From: Eledone cirrhosa
Lineage: Eukaryota
Reading direction: 5' to 3'
Length of the DNA: 64,000 nt
Assembly: GCA_964016885.1 (NCBI GenBank)
Contig: OZ024746.1
Span: forward strand, 12,896,001 to 12,960,000
A program made the translations under genes and the position numbers. Under the pieces are notes generated by a model. The model searched no databases. It saw only the letters and a list, made by a program, of their open reading frames with translations, and was not told the origin of the DNA. Within the stretch, counting starts at the first letter, position 1. Every line of letters starts with the position of its first letter. Shown here piece by piece: positions 51,173 through 64,000 of this stretch.

Positions 51173-51387
51173 CAGACCGGCCAACCTCTAAAAACTCAAA
51201 CGGGACGGACCATGAAAAAAAGGTGCCCCCCCCCCCCCCCCCCCCCCCCAAGCAGGGAGAAATGAGGCAAAATGGGGAGATTTTATATAATGGAAGCTAT
51301 AGCCATTTTCACAAGAGAAGACATCTTTCACCCACTCGAAAGTGGGTGGGAGATCTCCCTGTCGGACGGAGAGAGTTGACAGGTCTG
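51173..51387 (+). mobile_element. Complete TIR MITE
   Basis: CAGACCGGCCAAC...GTTGACAGGTCTG imperfect TIRs; no clear TSD. Confidence 0.7.
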
Positions 51388-51529
51388 CGATTGATGAAGA
51401 CGGCACCGAATTGTACCACGCGCCTCTGTTTGGATGGAAGGTGAAACAGAGGCAGGCGGGGTAGTGTTGGTCCAGATTTGATCTGTTTGAAGGTAAATTA
51501 CGCTAAAGTACTAAAAGTGTTAAATAATA

Positions 51530-51714
51530 ATTGTTTCTATTTTTAGGCACAAGGCCAGCAATTACCCAGTACATTACTACTACTTTATTTTATCGACCCC
51601 GTAAGGATAAAAGGCAAAGTTAACCTCGGCGGGATTTGAACTCAGATCATAAAGGGACGTAACGCTATGCTTCAAAGCATGGTGTCCGACTCTCTACCTA
51701 TACTGCCAATCCAC
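51530..51714 (-). mobile_element. SINE
   Basis: Full consensus match. Confidence 0.85.
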
Positions 51715-52165
51715 ATAAAGAACATTTAAGCAGAGTCACGTTTTAGCAGCAGATCATTTACTGTTCGAGTGTATCATTTACTGTTGAGGATGAGTACCTG
51801 TGTGTGTATGTATATGCGCCTGTGTGTGTGTGTGTATGCGCCTGTGTGTGTGAGAGAGTGAGAGAAAATGTATGTATCAATGTCAGTGTGTGAATGTGTA
51901 TGTATGTACACATGGTGTGTATGTATGTGCACATGATGTGTATGTATGTATAGGTTAGTGGCCACGGTTTTTAAACAATATCATATGCCATGGTACATAT
52001 TCTGGAATTGTTTTTTTTTGTAGGTGGGATTGTTTGAATTCCTAACTGAGTCAACACTCCCGGGCCAACTAAGGAATATCATGTAATGTTCTAAAGTACA
52101 GTAAATTTATTTGATTACCTTACTTTAGGTTAATAAACCTAGGTAAAGCCAAGTACAGCGACTAG

Positions 52166-52196
<31 letters not shown>

Positions 52197-52258
52197 GTGT
52201 GTTGATTTAAAACTGAACTATCCACAAGTGTTTTTTAACCTTCATATCATGTCTTCCT

Positions 52259-52327
52259 GTTTTATCTGATGAAAACACAAATATTATTGCATGATGATAT
52301 TTGTTTTTGAAATGCGCATAATAAAAT
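52259..52327 (+). ncRNA. Minimal type I hammerhead ribozyme in a ~160-bp (TA)n-flanked module
   Basis: GTTTTAT CTGATGA [stem II] GAAA TGCGCA TA/ATAAAAT; module 52201-52360 is nearly identical to the reverse complement of 22985-23146. Confidence 0.8.
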
Positions 52328-52356
52328 ACATGGAACTCTTTTAACCATCTTTTGTT

Positions 52357-52409
<53 letters not shown>

Positions 52410-52419
52410 TGGTACATTT

Positions 52420-52727
52420 AGCTAGAGTGGCACCCAAACGACTGGTTGCACCAGTAGCACATCTAGAGTGGCACCCCAACGACTGGCTGCACCAGTAGCA
52501 CATCTAGAGTGGCACCCCAACGACTGGCTGCACCAGTAGCACATCTAGAGTGGCACCCCAACGACTGGCTGCACCAGTAGCACATCTAGAGTGGCACCCC
52601 AACGACTGGCTGCACCAGTAGCACCCCAACGATTGGCTGCACCAGTAGCACATCTAGAGTGGCACCCCAACGACTGGCTGCACCAGTAGCACATCTAGAG
52701 TGGCACCCCAACGACTGGTTGCACCAG
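52420..52727. repeat. 41-bp minisatellite, about 8 copies (one internally deleted)
   Basis: Unit CATCTAGAGTGGCACCCCAACGACTGGCTGCACCAGTAGCA. Confidence 0.95.
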
Positions 52728-53579
52728 GGAACATGACATGACATATTATTTATGCCCGTCTATGTAATACATGTTGTGTGTTAACTTTTTCTAAATGTGT
52801 CTACTCTATCTCTACCCAAGATGCACTTGGTTCATATGATATACTTTTTATACAATTAGTTTATCATCTTTCGATGACATATCTCTTCTGATATTCACTT
52901 TATTTCATTTGTTTCTCCGCTCTGTCAACGATCAATCTCATCTTCATTTTTTTTTAAATCCCTACACGCCAATCATAGCTTTAGTAACTGTTTTCATCTT
53001 CGTTGTCCTCTCCCTCTACCCGAGATCATTCTCTTCCACCTCGCTAACTCTCAGCACATACTTAAAAACCACTTGACATCAAATGTGTCCTTCTCCCTTC
53101 AACCATGAAATTATGCTTACCCCCTAGCCTATTCCCCTAAACACGACTCACCTGGGATAAGTTACCCCCCCCCCCATATAGGGTAGAGAGGGCTCAGCAG
53201 TCGAATCAATGGCCACAATAGAAACTATGCCAAAAAAAGGTTGAGAGGACCTTTCAGTCTTGGCACGATAACCTCCCCCACGATGTTGCCACGAAAAATG
53301 AACCCATTACATACTGAAAAAATAGTTGATGAGAGGAACGACATCCAGTCATAGAAAAATTGCCAAAGGATCGAAAGGACTCTTCAGTTGTGTCAAAGAC
53401 ATGCTAACTTCCTAGTACTGGTATCACGATAAAACGCACGCAGTTAATTTTGTATTGCACGAGAACGTATGTGACATGCAGCCCCCGGCTCGCCTGTGAG
53501 ATCAATGACACCGGCTAAAAACTGACTTAGTCCGTGACTCTCCGTCCAACCATTACTAGTAGGGGGAAAACAGGCGTTA

Positions 53580-53758
53580 AATGATAATGATAATGATGAT
53601 GATGATGATGATGACGGCGGTGATGGCGATGGTGATGGTGATGGTGATGGCGATGGTCATGGTGACGGCGACGACGACGATGATGATGATGATGATGACG
53701 AAGAAGACGACGGCAGCGGCGGCGGTGGCAACGACGACCACAACGACAACGATGACGT
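53580..53758. repeat. Compound (GAT/GAC/GGC)n microsatellite
   Basis: Direct reading. Confidence 0.9.
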
Positions 53759-54779
53759 CTAGAATATTTAGGCCATATTTTTAGTATAATTATTCTCATG
53801 TAAAAGATAACCAATTTTGAAGTAGGCGTTTTACATCAACAAAAATGTATGTTCAAGTCAGTGTTACCCTTTTCAGATACAGACATTGTAAGTCTTAAGT
53901 AAAATAACCTGTTTTTAAGAAACAAATCGTTTTGTGTGTATGAGTGTGTTTTCAATCTTACGTAATTCACAGTCCAGCCTGTTATATCTTTCTGTGTACA
54001 ATAAAGTAATAATTATTTTGCATGTTATTTAGTTGAATGTGTCTGTATGTCTGTAGCGGTCACATAAAAGTAGGATTGATACAAGTATGATAAATTTTAG
54101 TAACGGAAGATAATACCGATGAAGATCAAAGGGAACACTACATTCGTCAACAAACCGGAGACTTGAGTCTCATCCTATCTCAGACAGACTAAGATACTCC
54201 TTTATTCATATTCTTGTATAATAATAGTAGTTATTGTTGTCAAAAAGTAACTTAGTAAAAATATGTCATCATTTAGATTTAAATCTAAATCATTTGCCGA
54301 GTGAACAGGAGAGCCGAATGGTTAAACGATGTCGTAACATCCTATCAGCCTTTGTCACCCTGTTCCCCACCACCTCCGCCTCATTCTAGGAGACCAAACG
54401 TGTATCCCACTATTTCCTCCACCCTTCTATCCCCTTACTCACCTCACCACTCCCGTAACAACTAGCTTGCCTCTAGTGCTACCCGCAACCCCCCATCCGA
54501 GCCCCACTGCCAGAGATAATGTTGTTCACCCGATCCCCCTCTACCTCTATCGCTAACCTTGCCCACCGTCTTCTCCTCCCCGTCTGAATCCTAATTATAA
54601 TGTTGACCTCTCTGATGCTGTCAATTCGCCACCAAATTGTGTTCTTTTATTTGAAGACCATCAAATGTCACTTATGTCGCCTAAGTTATCACAAGAGCTG
54701 CGTTGGTATTACTCAGGTTCAAGTCGAAAATATTTCAAACTAGACATGTAACCAATGCCACTTCAGCTCCGACTTATTT

Positions 54780-56450
54780 CGCAGGCTATAACCTTGCTCT
54801 GACGTCCAGATCCCTGTTAAGGATTTTGCCGCTGCCCTCCGGGGCTTGTCTGGCTCAACAACCAGATCCCAACGAACATCTGCCTATCCAACAACACCTC
54901 GGATTGGCAGAAGCTGTTCTGATTCCCTTTAATTTCTCTCCACGTGATTAATACGAAAACCGGATCCTTCCCTAAAACGGTAGTTTGAGCTGTTTAAGTC
55001 CACTCCAACTATTGCTCATCTCAGGTCGGTGATCAACTCAGTTCTGAACAAAGGGTGATCACCGAACTTAAAGAAGGTCATCAATGCCAAATTCAACGAA
55101 TTTGACATTAAAGATTGTTTGGCCTCACAAAGCCCAAAGGTGACCTCCGCCCCATATCAGGCTCACAGCGAAAGCATGTCTGTCCTCGATTTCAGACTGC
55201 CTGTTCCCCGAATTTTACCCTACTCAGCTTGGGGTGGGTACCAAGCTGGGCTGTGAGGATCCGCTCACGCTACCAGAACTTTTACCAACTTGCTTTCTGA
55301 GATCTCAAAGTTTATCCTCAAACGAGATCTCAGGAAGGCCTTCAATTCCATAAGTCGGGATGTCATATTCCGTTCAGTAAAGGAGAGCCCCCCGCCCCCC
55401 ACTACAGCTTAATCACTTTGCTTGGCAAGTCTATCTGCATCCCTCTTATCTCTCCTTCTGTGACTATTTCATTCTGTCTCCCTTGGTGGGTCCAACAGAG
55501 TGACCCGTTCGGGCCTGCTCTTTTCGCACTGGGTATTGATGACATCTCGAAGATGGGAGAGGACCTGGATCTGGATTTGAATGTCTGGTATCTGGATGAT
55601 GCTTGTTTTTTTTTGGGGGGGGGGGGGGCTCCAGATAAGGTCCTTGTAACCGCAGAGACGATAATTAAGGAACTGGGTCGGAGGGGCCTTCACGTCACCA
55701 GTTCCAAATGCGAGCTCTGGTACCCCAACCACCAAGCTTGACATCAGCAAACTGTAAACCTTCCCCTCTATCGCGGTTCCTCCCTCATCAGTGTAGAGCT
55801 CCAATTACTGACCAAGCCTTCGACTCCATCTTTCGATCCAAGTTGGCTAACCTCCAGCAACTTTTGAAAAACCTTGAGGCTATTGAACCTCATCAAGGTT
55901 CTTTTTTTTATACTTAGGAATTACTTGTTGATTTCTAAATTATATTTCCTCAGAGTTAGTCCCTCTTATAGATTCTCGTCATCTCGCCATCGCTTTGACA
56001 ACTTAATCTTCAGTGAACTCAATGCTTGGTCAATGTCAGACTCTCTCCAGAGTCTCGTGACCAGGCTGCCTTGCCAATGGAGGTCTCGGTCTGCGTAAAT
56101 GCTCATCTCTGTCTCTACCTTACTTTCTTTCTCGCATCCATGGTTTTCCCTTTTAGTAGGCGACATCCTACTAATACTGACGAGGATAGACGGAAGTAGA
56201 GAGTATGGAACAATCTGCGTTCCAGCGACACCTTTAACTCTCTTTTGGATTAATCTGATCAATTTTCAAGGTGTCGCCTACTATTTGCAAGCCCAAAATT
56301 CTCGGGGGACTGGGTTGATGCCCTGCCCGTGGCCAGCATTGGTGGTCTTCTCAGTCTGGAGGAGCTCCTCATCCCCATTGACTCAGAGTGAGAGCTGATG
56401 TGTGTGTGTGGGGGGGGGGGTCTGAAATGTCGCTGTGGTATTATATTTGT
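54780..56450 (+). mobile_element. Old CRE-clade retrotransposon fragment
   Basis: FGLTKPKGDLRPI, D.RKAFNSISR, VQQSDPFGPALFALGI, WYLDDA and SKCEL; many frameshifts. Confidence 0.72.
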
Positions 56451-56460
56451 GAGCTTCATT

Positions 56461-56640
56461 GATTGGCAGTATCGGTAGAGGGTCGGACGCCATGCTTTGA
56501 CGTATAGAGTTACGGCCCTTGCCATTCTGAGTTCAAATCCCGCCGAGGTTAACTTTGCCTTTCATCCTTACGGGGTCGATAAAATAAAGTACCAGTAATG
56601 CACTGGGTAATTGCTGGCCTTGTGCCAAACGTAGAAACGA
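56461..56640 (+). mobile_element. SINE
   Basis: Consensus match. Confidence 0.85.
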
Positions 56641-56965
56641 TTATATATATTATATGTGTAGACAACTGTGAATAATAACATTTAAAATTATATACAGGCT
56701 GTCCCTAAAAAATGTGTACACACTTTGATTACCTGTACAGACAATATTTAGAATGCACACAGCCTTTCCCCAAAATAAAATGATCTACTGACATAGTTTA
56801 ATAATATGTAAAAAACCCCAAAATCTTTACAAAATTTGAATAATACATATATAACAATTTATTTTAATGCATTTTTTAAAGATTTGAAGTTTGTATATAT
56901 TTTTGTGACAAACATTGAATAAAAATTCCATTCCATTGTATTTCCAACTATTTCTACTTAAAAAA

Positions 56966-57029
<64 letters not shown>

Positions 57030-57364
57030 TATATATATATGTTTATATAATATTACATGACTAATCTTCTGAGTCATACGAGAATAAGCGTCTTCCCCCC
57101 CCCCTCTGTATATGTGTGTGTGCGTGTGTTTGTGTGTATATATATATATATACATATATATATAATATACAGAGACAGAGAGGGGGGGTGAGGGGGGTCT
57201 TTATCCGATGACTAAGAAAATTAGTCATACTATAAAAACAGCTCAATATATTTGATTTATTTTATTTCTTTACAGGTGTCGATCATATACACCCCATTAT
57301 ATATATATTATCGATCCCTTTTTGTCAAACTGCTAAGTTATTAGACATACACACACACATCATT

Positions 57365-57667
57365 TCATCATTTCATTTTACGTCCGCCTTTTCCCTGCTT
57401 GCAAGGGTGGGACGGGAACTGATTCTGGCTTGATTTCTACAGCTGGATGCCCTTCCTAACACCAACCTCATTTACAGTGAGTGCTGGGTGCTTTTTTTCT
57501 GTGGCACCTCCACGACCACTTTGCAGTGGAATGATATGGACCCCAGTCCTATCATCTCATTTCTACAGCTGAGTAAACTGGATCAATGTGAATTAAAGTG
57601 TCTTGCTCAAGGAAACAACACATCACCCGGTCTGAGAATTGAACTCACAACCTTTCGATTGCAAGGC
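57365..57667 (-). mobile_element. CORE-like SINE with RTE-type tail (second copy)
   Basis: Near-identical to 8755-9062. Confidence 0.8.
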
Positions 57668-57668
57668 T

Positions 57669-57950
57669 TATAAGTATGAATTTTCATAAGATTTCGTACT
57701 TGTCTCTGTGGCCTAGTGGTAGGTACTAGAGACGGTGGAAATCCTGGCCTTGGGTTCAATCCTGGTTAAGAGGTACATGTAATCTTTTTCAGTTTTTATT
57801 TTACAACCCATAGAAAAAAACTGAAAAGGTTGATCGGGAACACTACTCTCGACCAGGATCGAACTTCAGACCAGGATCACCAGTGTCTTTGATTCCTCCA
57901 ACTAGGCCGCCGAGACAGCTATAAAAGTATAACGAAAATTGATAATTATA
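57669..57950. repeat. Diverged inverted repeat of two convergent tRNA-like (A/B box) units
   Basis: Plus strand has TGGCCTAGTGG...GGTTCAATCC...TTTTT; minus strand has CGGCCTAGTTGG...AGTTCGATCC...TTTT. The outer ends TATAAGTATGAATTTTC / GAAAATTGATAATTATA are complementary. Confidence 0.7.
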
Positions 57951-59269
57951 AACCTACTTTCAAAATCAAAGTTAAAAAGATGTGGTGTGGTTCATAGCTT
58001 TCCTAGAGCTATTAGTAATATTTAGGGTCGACTTCTGGTCATTATTGAAAGTTTCTGGATTTCACAAAAAACAATATTTTTTATTGGAGAAGGTAAGATA
58101 TTTTTCCGCAAAAATTTGATTGCACTGTTTTGTTTCCACTTATGTATATTTCGAAAATGTTATTTATTCATTATAAAAATTAAATGATAGCATTCTATAT
58201 GTAGGTGGGCCCCCTTCATCTCGTGGCAACCAATATTTTTAGACCCAGTCCACCATTGTATATATGGTATAATTATAGAACACCCCACTAGATTTCAGTG
58301 GGAGTATTCCTTAGTTTTTTCGTTGCTATCAACTAATCTAACCTCCATGATTCTGGCAATCAACTTTTTTCCCCAGAGAACGGAGAGCCTCTCCCCTCCC
58401 CCAGCAGAGTTTTCTAACCATTTTTTTTTCGTATGTTATCAATGAATATGACCTCCAAATCTGTCAAAAACAACTATATTTGTAGAAAAAGTTGGGTCAA
58501 AAGGGGGTCAAAAGACCATTGGAGTTTCACAGATTTACACACCTCTCGCATTTAGTTGGTAATAATACCTTTCCTTATTTGTTTCTTTTTTAGGATCTTT
58601 TAGATGCTTGCAATCGACTTTGAGAACAATACCTTAACGTCAGTATGGGAGCCCGGTTACGGCCAGTTTGAACAGAAAGAGGTGGGAAAATTCTGGCCAG
58701 ATATGGCTGGTTTAAATGCTAAAAGGTTAAATGCTTCATTATTTGTTCTGGTTCAAATCCCATTGAGGTCAACTTTGCCTTTTTATCTTTTTGGGATTGA
58801 TAAATAATGTACCATACCATGAAAAATTGATGAAAAAAATGAAGAAAAAAAGTTTTTTGTTAATCATTAATGCTTTTACTCTTAATGTCTGCCAAACTGG
58901 TATTTTCAGAGAGAAAAGTTATTTTTCTAACATAAAGTAATTTAATCTGCTTTTATTCACATATTTCAAACAGCAATTTGTCAAAAGTAGTGTGATTTCT
59001 TAATAAATTATTTTAATTTGATTCTTCTCAAAGCAATGTTCATGTGGTGTTTGTCATATCACACAATAAAATTGATTCTCAATTGGTCAGTTTTCTGTCT
59101 TCCCTTTGTTTGGTTAAGCAAAGTCTCAAAATATCACTATGATTTCTCAGAAAGGATTTTTATGTTTTAGTTGTTGTGACATAATTATGTCTTAGAAAAA
59201 ATATTAAATGATAGAATTCATAAAACTTCTCTTTATTGCAATTTAGTTATACCAGATAGACTTTATTCT

Positions 59270-59900
59270 CACTTGAAAACAAAATTAGTGATTAATGATT
59301 AAGACTAGAAATTAGATGCACACAGAAATATAAGACAGTCAGGAGAAGGAGGATATGGAAGTTTAAAGAACCATCAATCAGCCATAGGTTTAGTGACATA
59401 CAAAAGGAAACCCTTAACAAGGAGGATGAAGAATTAGAGTTTTATAATATAGAGGCCCACTGGAAACTCCTGAAGGGCATCCTACTGAGGGCCACAGATG
59501 AGATCAGTGGTTGGGGCAAAGTATCAGCTAGATGACAAGTGATATGGTAGTGGAATAGTACTGTATATAGGGTCTGAAAAATACCAAGTAGCTAAAAGAG
59601 AAGGTAGATATCAGGTTCATTTTGTAAGAGGGGCAGGGTAGAAAATAAGGGGTTTACCAGTGTACTGTAGTGTGAGAATGAGAGACATGAGGTGTTCTGG
59701 TTTGCAAAACAAGTGTACTAGAGAGAACTTGTAGGAATGAAGTGTGTTCAAAATAACAGTGGCACACATACCCTTACTGACACTGAAAAGGAAGATGTTT
59801 GGAAGTGATACTATGAGAGGTTGCTGAATGAAGAAAATGCATAGCAGAGTGAAGGTCTACCCTAAGTAAATCCAACTGAAGTATTGTTCCTCAGATTTTA
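59270..59900 (+). mobile_element. Very decayed RTE fragment (APE-RT linker)
   Basis: WKFKEP, LLRATDEISGW and YYERLLNEENA resemble the RTE at about 4300-4900. Confidence 0.65.
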
Positions 59901-60631
59901 GTGATGTAGGTAATTGCCTAAGTGCATAATGCTGACTGTGCTTTTCAGTATTAGAGATAATTCCAGTACTACCCCCCCCCCCCCCCCCCCACCCCACCCC
60001 CCCCACACACCATTATCATTTAACAACCATTTCCCCTGCTAGTTGGACTGAGCATTAATGTATTCATGACAAACTATATTACAGATATAAAAACTCAGAC
60101 AACCAAGCTGTGGTTTGAAAATGGAAACTACTTCCTTGCTCCTCACAAAGTAAAATTATATGAAGGAACTGCTGATACAAACAGGGCCAGCATCTGGATC
60201 AGTTATAATATTAGTTGAACTAGGATTAAAAATCACTTCTTTGTCCTTCAAAAGATATGGACAGCCAGTGTTTTTTGGCTTCACAATGGCAGTTAAAAAG
60301 ATGGGGATATGGTAGTTTATTACTACAACTATATATTATTATTTCTGCATAATTTCACATATGTTGTTTCTAATTTATTTGAGGGTTGGATACCACTGGA
60401 ATCAATTGACATAGTTGTATCTTCATTATGCACCTTCTTTGGTTTTATGTAAGTTGAACATTAATGTTGAGATATTTCAGACTACATTCTATGTAGTCAT
60501 CCTGCTCCCCTTTCAATTCAGATACCACCTCACCAGTTATCTGCCACAAAACTGAGCAATATCTTTGGTTCCCAGTCAGTTACTAAAACAATGCTGCTTT
60601 TTTTATCCAGACAATTGGAGACCTACCTTAA

Positions 60632-60839
60632 CCCTTTAGCATTTAAACTGGCCATATCTGGCCAGAATTCTTCCACCTCTTTTTGTTCAAACCAGCCATA
60701 ACCGGCTGCTCATACTTAAGTTAAGGTATTGTTCTCAAAATTAATAATATCAAAATCTTGTAGATTCAATATTATGTGAAATACAGCCTTTAATGCAAAA
60801 ATACAATAGTATATATAGAGTAATGTAAATGCTAAAGGG
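60632..60839. mobile_element. piggyBac-type MITE
   Basis: TTAA|CCCTTTAGCATTTA...TAAATGCTAAAGGG|TTAA. Confidence 0.92.
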
Positions 60840-61334
60840 TTAAAAAATATGCACAAAACATAATCATAGTCAAGCATACTCCTTAGGAAATCACACTGTT
60901 ACCTGTCTTCTTGTGTATGAGATTGCTTCTGTCTCAGGTTCTTATCATTCACCTGATCAAGATCAGAGATCAATCATCAGTTTCTAGGGCCCACTGTGAG
61001 GAGGTCGACAACTTGGGCCCTTTTGGATGCTGGTTATTGTGGAAACAAACTGATATAATCTTGTGGGGCAAAAGTGAATATTTCTGCATCAGGAATAGTT
61101 TAATGATAGTAATTGATAATATCCAGGTTGGCGTGGGTGAATGTAACAAACAAACAAGAATTTATGGTAATTTTCCCTACTGGAGCAGAGGCTAGCCTTG
61201 CAAACCCGTAATAACTTTAATTATATTCACCATGGGATCCTTTTTGAAGCAATGTTTTATGAAAATGTTCTTCCTGTTACCAACCCATTTATTTAGTTAC
61301 CTTTTATGACACATCTATTATCTCTTCAGTTTAA

Positions 61335-61542
61335 CCCTTTAGCATTTAAACTGGCCATATCCGGCCAGAATTCTCTCATTTCTTTCTGTTCAAATGGGCT
61401 GTAACCGGCCACTTATACTTATGTTAAGGTATTGTTCTCAAAATAAATAATATCAAAATCTCATAGATTCGCTATTATGTGAGATAAAGCTTTTACTGTG
61501 AAAATATAATAGTATATATAGAATAATGTAAATGCTAAAGGG
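61335..61542. mobile_element. piggyBac-type MITE (same family)
   Basis: Same 14-bp TIRs and TTAA TSD; a partial copy also lies at about 58610-58726. Confidence 0.92.
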
Positions 61543-61924
61543 TTAAAAATATGAAATTATTATGTGGAGTTGATAATAGTTCCTCTTTGACTGAAAGAAT
61601 ATCATTTGGCATATTTTCTTTATGTTCCTTTTTTTAAAACTATATATGTAATTGTTGCGGCATTATGTTTTCTTGAACCTAGTATGTAATATTGTTAAAC
61701 TTATTCTTATTATATCTTCTCTACTTAATAGATTTGTATCTAAGAAATTAATTAATATTGTGGATCTCTCACAACGGGACAACCCGTCCTACCCATGCTA
61801 GTGTGGAAAATGTACATCAAATGATGATGATTATGATGTTGATGTATAATTATATTTTGAAAATCAAAGGAAATAATAAGGTGCCAGACTAAATATCTTT
61901 AATATTTAAATCTATTCCTTTATT

Positions 61925-62102
61925 TGCAGTATCAGTAGAGGGTCAGATGCCATGCTTTGCAGCATAGAGTTAACTCCCTTTACGATCTGAGTTCAAATCC
62001 CACCGAGGTTAACTTTGTCTTTCATCCTTACGGGTCGATAAAATAAAGTACCAGTAATACACTGGAGTAATTGCTGGCCTTGTGACAAAAGTAGAAACAA
62101 TT
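61925..62102 (+). mobile_element. SINE with ~20-bp TSD
   Basis: TATTTAAATCTATTCCTTTAT on both sides. Confidence 0.9.
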
Positions 62103-62261
62103 ATTTAAATCTATTCCTTTATATTTTAAATTTAAATCTTATCTAATGTATCTTTAACTATTATTTTCTTCATTATAATTTTACACCCATTTTTCCATGC
62201 TGTAAAGATTGGGCAGATTTTCTACAACTTGGAGTCTTGTCATGTGTCAGAGTTCTTAGTT

Positions 62262-63675
62262 ATCTTCTTCCTTTCCTTCAGCCTCCTTACATCAGATTTC
62301 ATCACTTCTTTCTTTCCTTCAGCCTCCTTACATCAGATTTCATCACTTTTTCCTTTCCTTCAGCCTCCTTACATCAGATTTCATCACTTTTTCCTTTCCT
62401 TCAGCCTCCTTACATCAGATTTCATCACTTTTTCCTTTCCTTAAGCCTCCTTACATCAGATGTCATCACTTCTTTCTTTCCTTCAGCCTCCTTACATCAG
62501 ATGTCATCACTTCTTCCTTTCCTTCAACCTCCTTACATCAGATGTCATCACTTCTTCCTTTCCTTCAGCCTCCTTACATCAGATTTCATCACTTTTTCCT
62601 TTCCTTAAGCCTCCTTACATCAGATTTCATCACTTCTTCCTTTCCTTCAACCTCCTTACATCAGATGTCATCACTTCTTTCTTTCCTTCAGCCTCCTTAC
62701 ATCAGATTTCATCACTTCTTCCTTTCCTTCAACCTCCTTACATCAGATGTCATCACTTCTTTCTTTCCTTCAGCCTCCTTACATCAGATTTCATCACTTC
62801 TTCCTTTCCTTCAACCTCCTTACATCAGATGTCATCACTTTTTCCTTTCCTTAAGCCTCCTTACATCAGATTTCATCACTTCTTCCTTTCCTTCAACCTC
62901 CTTACATCAGATGTCATCACTTCTTTCTTTCCTTCAGCCTCCTTACATCAGATTTCATCACTTCTTCCTTTCCTTCAACCTCCTTACATCAGATGTCATC
63001 ACTTCTTTCTTTCCTTCAGCCTCCTTACATCAGATTTCATCACTTCTTCCTTTCCTTCAGCCTCCTTACATCAGATTTCATCACTTTTTCCTTTCCTTAA
63101 GCCTCCTTACATCAGATTTCATCACTTCTTCCTTTCCTTCAACCTCCTTACATCAGATTTCATCACTTCTTCCTTTCCTTCAACCTCCTTACATCAGATT
63201 TCATCACTTTTTCCTTTCCTTCAGCCTCCTTACATCAGATTTCATCACTTTTTCCTTTCCTTCAGCCTCCTTACATCAGATTTCATCACTTTTTCCTTTC
63301 CTTCAGCCTCCTTACATCAGATTTCATCACTTTTTCCTTTCCTTCAGCCTCCTTACATCAGATTTCATCACTTTTTCCTTTCCTTCAGCCTCCTTACATC
63401 AGATTTCATCACTTTTTCCTTTCCTTCAGCCTCCTTACATCAGATTTCATCACTTTTTCCTTTCCTTCAGCCTCCTTACATCAGATTTCATCACTTTTTC
63501 CTTTCCTTCAGCCTCCTTACATCAGATTTCATCACTTTTTCCTTTCCTTCAGCCTCCTTACATCAGATTTCATCACTTTTTCCTTTCCTTCAGCCTCCTT
63601 ACATCAGATTTCATCACTTTTTCCTTTCCTTCAGCCTCCTTACATCAGATTTCATTACTTTTTCCTTTCCTTCAG
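62262..63675. repeat. 41-bp minisatellite, about 34 copies, within an RTE 3' remnant
   Basis: Unit TCCTTTCCTTCAGCCTCCTTACATCAGATTTCATCACTTTT. Confidence 0.98.
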
Positions 63676-64000
63676 GTTCTCTCCAGTTTGATTAGTTGCC
63701 ATAATTTTTACCCGTCTTCTACAGTGACCACTTATCCATATTAATTTAGACTTCTGTTTACATCAAATTTCTTAAACTCAATTTTTTCTCTGTCCATTCA
63801 TGCTCCATTGTTCAAGAACTCTAACATTATACATCCAGAGAAACATGGTTGCTCCATTTCATTCCAGCCTTTGTACACCCTCCTCATTCAATGTCCATGG
63901 TTTGCTAACGTGCAACATCACACTTCATACACAAATATTAAACAATCAACCTTTCACTCATAGAAGGAATACTGTCATCGCCAACAGAGGTAATAAAATC
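63676..64000 (-). mobile_element. Decayed RTE LINE 3' region
   Basis: Minus-strand remnants resembling A.MLRW, R.W.GH..R and the C-terminal W...IKSD motif, which continue through the satellite. Confidence 0.5.

Noticed and set aside
53527-53814. Poly-His/Arg and poly-Met ORFs
   Set aside because: Translations of trinucleotide microsatellites.
57702-57772. Functional tRNA gene
   Set aside because: A and B boxes are present, but I cannot fold a proper acceptor stem or anticodon arm.
62237-63744. 400-aa ORFs and hammerhead-like CTGATG...GAAA on the minus strand
   Set aside because: Tandem-repeat artefact. The core reads CTGATGT rather than CTGANGA, and no stems form.

Overview
AT-rich, repeat-saturated metazoan DNA. 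The SINE and LINE repertoire suggests an octopod cephalopod, but that is inference. I found no supportable host protein-coding gene, rRNA, true tRNA or CRISPR array. The window is a mosaic of retroelements. It holds two tandem, nearly full-length L1/Tx1-type elements on the minus strand (about 38.7-50.2 kb); the first has a 1139-codon ORF2 broken by a single TGA. There are also fragments of CR1-, RTE- and CRE-clade LINEs, at least two lineages of Penelope-like elements (PLE; RT and GIY-YIG), more than 15 tRNA-derived SINEs, hAT/piggyBac/Tc1 MITEs, four minisatellites and many microsatellites. The strongest signal not explained by ORFs is a set of nine type-I hammerhead ribozyme motifs (eight with a canonical CUGANGA...GAAA...UH core, one with a core variant), read by eye, from about five sequence families. 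They sit in short non-coding modules next to (TA)n tracts, and three loci form 240-340 bp fold-back palindromes (two with an intact ribozyme on each strand). Other notable items are a hAT MITE carrying a ~98% copy of local decayed sequence, a TSD-bounded LINE-SINE chimera, a convergent pair of tRNA-like Pol III units, and a conserved splice-donor consensus at the Tx1 ORF1 stop. Coordinates of decayed elements are approximate.
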